The position numbers and the translations under genes were made by a program. DNA of 54,740 nt, filler included, from Catajapyx aquilonaris (taxonomy: Eukaryota), in NCBI GenBank assembly GCA_000934665.2. It is 3 parts of 3 records of this genome, joined end to end, with 100 filler letters (N's around TTAATTAATTAA, not from the genome) between each part and the next. Parts side by side here need not be neighbours in the genome. Positions count along the whole stretch, not along the records: positions 38,744 to 54,740 come from KZ539669.1; 2 more parts are not named here. The stretch is one strand, 5' to 3'. Positions 50,647-54,740 of this stretch are shown here, in pieces. The notes below the pieces were generated by a model. It was not told where the DNA came from and did no database searches. It saw nothing but the letters and a program-made list of their open reading frames with translations. Within the stretch, counting starts at the first letter, position 1. The number at the start of each line of letters is the position of its first letter.

Positions 50647-53600
50647 TCATTTTGTACGTGTATATTTTAAAATATAACCGAAGGTTATTATTTCCCAGTA
50701 GAATGCCACTAACCTGAGAATATAGAAGATGAAATTTAACGGGAAAAACAAGTAAGTAAGACAACAGGAAATAATAAATGCTGGGTCCCAAAAATTCAGG
50801 TGTCCTACGTATAATGTCACTACCGCTGGTCCTAGGCATATGAGGCAACTCATTCCTAGTAGTAAAAATTCCAGTGACAAACGAAGATTGCGCCGTCGAA
50901 TTTGTTGCAAAGTCGTCGATGCAACATCACTGCAAATACCAGAAATGTATGTTGAATAATGTTGAAGTACAGAAGACTTGTGAGTTAACCTACTGGAATT
51001 GTCTTAATTCGCGCCAGCTTAGCCATATTTTAATAGCCACAAGAATTACGGAGATAAGTATCACCAGAACTGGCAATAGAATAATGGTGGACAAAATGGG
51101 ACTTGGTCGAGTTTTTCCTTCCTCAATTCCAACGCATTGCCAAGAGTTTTCAGCTGCCAAGTATGAATCGTAATTCTGAAACAAAATTTGGTTACTGTAT
51201 AAATTTGCATAACGTGCAATGCATTCGACGACTAGTGAAATACACAAATGGTACCAAAAATAGCGACGGAAGCCATGGAAGAATGGCATAACTCCAAATA
51301 ACGATCAGCACGGGGACTGTTCCGTGGGATTCGAACACCACTTGGGCGGCTGCAGGCCACCACAACACCAAAGCCCTAGAATAAGCACAAAGTTCAGCTG
51401 TTAGTGATAGCCTCACATCTAGTTTTGCCTCCTTTCTACTCATTTGCCCATGAATGGAGTGTACTTTCCGTCTAGGTTATACACAGGGTGTTCCGATTGA
51501 AATGTCCGTAGTTGATAACGATCATTTGGCGTTAAGCATCTCCTTTATTTTAAGCTTTACCTGAGCGCCATAGATACCGGACGGTTTAAAAAGACTTCCA
51601 TTGCCTGAGTGCTGCGCTGCTAGAGGAAAGACTCCACTAGGGCATGATAGATCTAAGCTCTGAATTGCAATGAATTTCCATTGAGGAAATACCCGTTGTA
51701 ACAATTGCTAATTGGTATCGTACGTCAATGACAGAACCTATTTTTTGCAGGCCAGATGGACCAGATCCCCTTTGCAGACTTGGTAAAAAACCTCATGTTA
51801 GCAGCTGGGTCATCCCATGCCAAGACAGACAAGTTGGTGGCTCGACCATCTCAGAATTTGATATGAAAAATCACGTGTGTCCACACACATGAGTTGTCGT
51901 TAAAAGCAAAATTAGAGCATCTCAGGTGAAAATCCCACGGAGATATGGCAACGTCTTTCGGCAACAATGAAGCAGGAAGAACAATTTATTTCAAGTGGAG
52001 TTCTTGTTGTGACCCCATGATGTTATATATCAAAAGAACGGGCGTGAGACGAGGAACATTTTGACAGCAACGGTTTTAAACTAGAGCGTAACATAAAATG
52101 CTAAAAGATTCTCATTTATTTGCAAAAAGGGCACATTTCAGGTGGTCCAATGTTATTGTTAAACACATGCTGAGAATGTGAAATTAATGTGGTAGGTACC
52201 TAGTCAGATGTTAATTACTACCCTAGAAGGACAATATCACAAGTCAAGCAGTCTTGGAAATAATAAATCCTGAAATGTCCATTGTCCCATAATTTGGCCA
52301 TCTTGGGGGTGAGGGACTCAGTCGATTTTAAAGTTACATATAGGAAAAGAAACGCCTGTTCATACTTAACATAGTGGTATAAGAGCGATTCCCCTCCCAT
52401 AAGCGGTTCACCCGTAGAAAATTTGTCAATGCAGTGCCAAATAACGCGGAGTATATGGGGGTTTCTCGGTATTTTCTATGCGCCTGACATGCCTGCCTTG
52501 GGGAATTCATGCAACATGAACATGGTCATCATTCTGGTAATTGCTGCTGTTGAAAGACATAACAAGTCAAGCAGGGTTGGAAATAATAAATCCTGAAATT
52601 TCCATTTTACCCTAATGGTCATATTTGGGGTCATTTTTCTCAATGTGGGGCTGGGTCTATTTTAAGCTTACTTATGTTAAAAGAAGCGTCTTTTCATGGT
52701 TGACCTAGGAATGTAATAACGATTGATCTACCCTGAGCGGATCATCTGCCGCACATTTTTAAATGCACACAAAATTCCCTTTAGCCCACTCCTCGTTATT
52801 TGGGGGTGTTGGGGGTGATCCGATCAGGATAGATCAATCGTTCTTACATCCCTAGGTCAAGCATGAAAGGACGCTTCTTTTAACATAAGTAACATTAAAA
52901 TAGACCCAGCCAAAAGTAATCGGATGAATTGAATGTGGTGCCACCTAGAGGCCAACTTGGAAAGCTCCCGCACCTCGCGCATTGTTGGAGGTAATATTCC
53001 AAGTTTGCAAACTTGGAATATTACCTCCAACAATGTGCGTGGTGCGGGAGCTTTCCAAGTTGGCCTCTAGGTGGCACCACATTCGTAGCCATCTACTGGC
53101 GCTGGTTTCAGTCAAGTGAGAATTGACAAACTGATTTGTCACAAAATTACTCCCCCCCCCCTACGGTATGCAAAAATAGTCTAACTGCTTAATGCTAAGC
53201 AACTTTAGTGGCAAAAATTCTTTAAATGACACAAAAATTTTAAATTGAATATGCTATGCATGTGGGTATATGGGTGTCTGTGTGTGTGTGTGTGATACAC
53301 ATGACATCTCCCACCCTCCACATACAGTCACACACAAAAAAGTAGTTCAGTGAATATTAATTGTTATGCCACTATCACTGGGATGAGAATAACGAGAGTA
53401 AATTAGTTGACCTGTTTAGCATCATGGCAGCCAAAGATGCGGTAGAAGTTGAGACCATGACATGTCTAAGGAAACACACCACTTCGCACAAAATCCTTCC
53501 GTAGTTCCATCCTCTCTGTATATACACAACTATCCACATAGGCAAGCAAAATCCACTGTAGAAAAGATCAGATACGCCGAGGTTCAAGAGCAGTATTGTT

Positions 53601-53848
53601 GGAGAATTGCGCAAGGAGCTTTAAAAATAACATAGTATTAGAACATTTATAGAGTAATGAAGTGTGCATGTTTCTGACCTGTTTGGATTTTTCCTTCGCC
53701 TTCTAGCATAGATAATGGCTAATATGGTGAGCACATTTCCCAAGACACCTGCTATGGACAGAACACCGCAATAAGTGGCCAAAAGTTGGCCAGACACCTT
53801 CGTAAACCCTTGCATGTCGCTCCACAAAATATGCGTGCCATTGCCCAT
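50647..53848 (-). CDS. Class-A GPCR, Tre1/moody/GPR84-like
   Basis: Exons 53848-53679, 53618-53412, 51375-51255, 51175-50994 and 50929-50647 (or a donor after 50714 with further exons) are phase-consistent. TM1 GVLGNVLT, TM2 NLGVSDL, ECL1 W and TM3 Cys, LNRA at the end of TM3, TM4 W, ECL2 Cys, TM7 LNFIFY. C-terminus uncertain. Confidence 0.88.
52649..52911. repeat. Intronic inverted repeat with ~95-bp arms
   Basis: GGCTGGGTCTATTTTAA...CTTATGTTAAAAGAAGCGTC pairs with GACGCTTCTTTTAACATAAG...TTAAAATAGACCCAGCC. Confidence 0.9.
52931..53084. repeat. 154-bp spacerless palindrome with 2 mismatches
   Basis: 77-bp arms centred between 53007 and 53008 (CCAAGTTTG|CAAACTTGG). Confidence 0.97.
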
Positions 53849-54184
53849 AATATAACTAACGAGGTAATACTCACAACTGCATGTGTACGCTAAATACGAA
53901 AGGAGAACGCACATGAAATAGCTCCAGCGTGAAGTTTTTGACAGACAATATAGGGTGACACTCGTCATATTGGAAATTTGACTCAAACTCTTTGTGATTA
54001 TTAAATCTAGTGTGACAAGAGTCACAATGTGAAATTTTTTCCGCAACACTGGTAATTTAAGAGCTGCAAGGAAATGGCATATTTTGAGGTAGACATGGAC
54101 AAATCTCTCGTCAGTTTTCAACATGTATGTGACTGTGATATGCCGAAGTGACGACGCGACGACAACAGAAGGTCAATGAAAATT

Positions 54185-54280
54185 ATGATGATGATGATGA
54201 CGATGATGACGACGATGATGATGACGATGATGATGACGATGATGATGATGATAATGGTGATGGAGGTGACGGTGATGATA
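54185..54280. repeat. (GAT/GAC)n microsatellite
   Basis: Directly visible. Confidence 0.95.
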
Positions 54281-54740
54281 ATTCAAGGGGCGCATTGCGA
54301 AGAAAAAAAGACAATAAAAGTAATAGAACTGCCAAGTAAAATCGGAAAGTCGGCCGTTTATCCGCACCTACGCGGCGGGGTTGGTAAGGCGTGGTGGGCT
54401 CCAAACATGTTGGCTACGGGTCGCAAACAATCGGTTTCCGGGAGAGCACAACAAAGGGCGTCTTGTAACCCCTGCCACGCGAACCGATCTGACGAGTGCT
54501 AGGACCACAGAATTAATGAAGGAAGTGGGAAATATGAAAGCCGTGATGGTTGCTGCAGTCCGTTAAGGGCGCACGGTCACGACGATTTTTCCCACTCGCG
54601 GAGGGCAAGTTTGGCCGAGGGACGGGTGCTGCGTTGTGTTCGAACCGCCGGCGTAGCCGTCTCGCTGGAGGTGCGGACCTGAAATTGTCACAGCATGGCG
54701 ACGAAGAGCCAATTGAGCCTCCCGACCAAGGCTCGATCAA

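Noticed and set aside
54148..54502. Poly-Asp/His/Met/Ser ORFs
   Set aside because: Translations of the (GAT/GAC)n microsatellite.

Overview
Repeat-rich, intron-containing animal DNA, most likely arthropod (divergent ionotropic receptor, Tre1/moody-like GPCR, 60-100 nt introns), with several N gaps. Hand-assembled genes: the last three exons of a CYP2-clan-like P450 (+, 235-821); a complete five-exon PDIA6/P5 with ERSE-like promoter motifs (+, 3277-7472); two tandem, apparently paralogous unknown type-I membrane protein genes (-, 9342-15833 and 18415-19882), one with a Shadoo-like signal peptide plus RGG N-terminus; the 5' part of an unidentified gene running into a gap (+, 21462-22458); an intronless divergent ionotropic receptor broken only by one in-frame TAA (-, 32204-34087) plus a decayed 3' duplicate; and a Tre1/moody-like GPCR (-, 50647-53848). 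Much of the rest is DNA-transposon debris: a PIF1/Helitron fragment, a THAP+SAP TIR element with a nested hAT, Kolobok-, Sola-, hAT- and P-like MITEs, a Sola2 derivative with ~685-bp TIRs, and several palindromes. Best leads are the paralogous membrane-protein pair and the single-stop IR. Exon structures come from splice signals and frame continuity only, and family names from remembered motifs; no searches were run.
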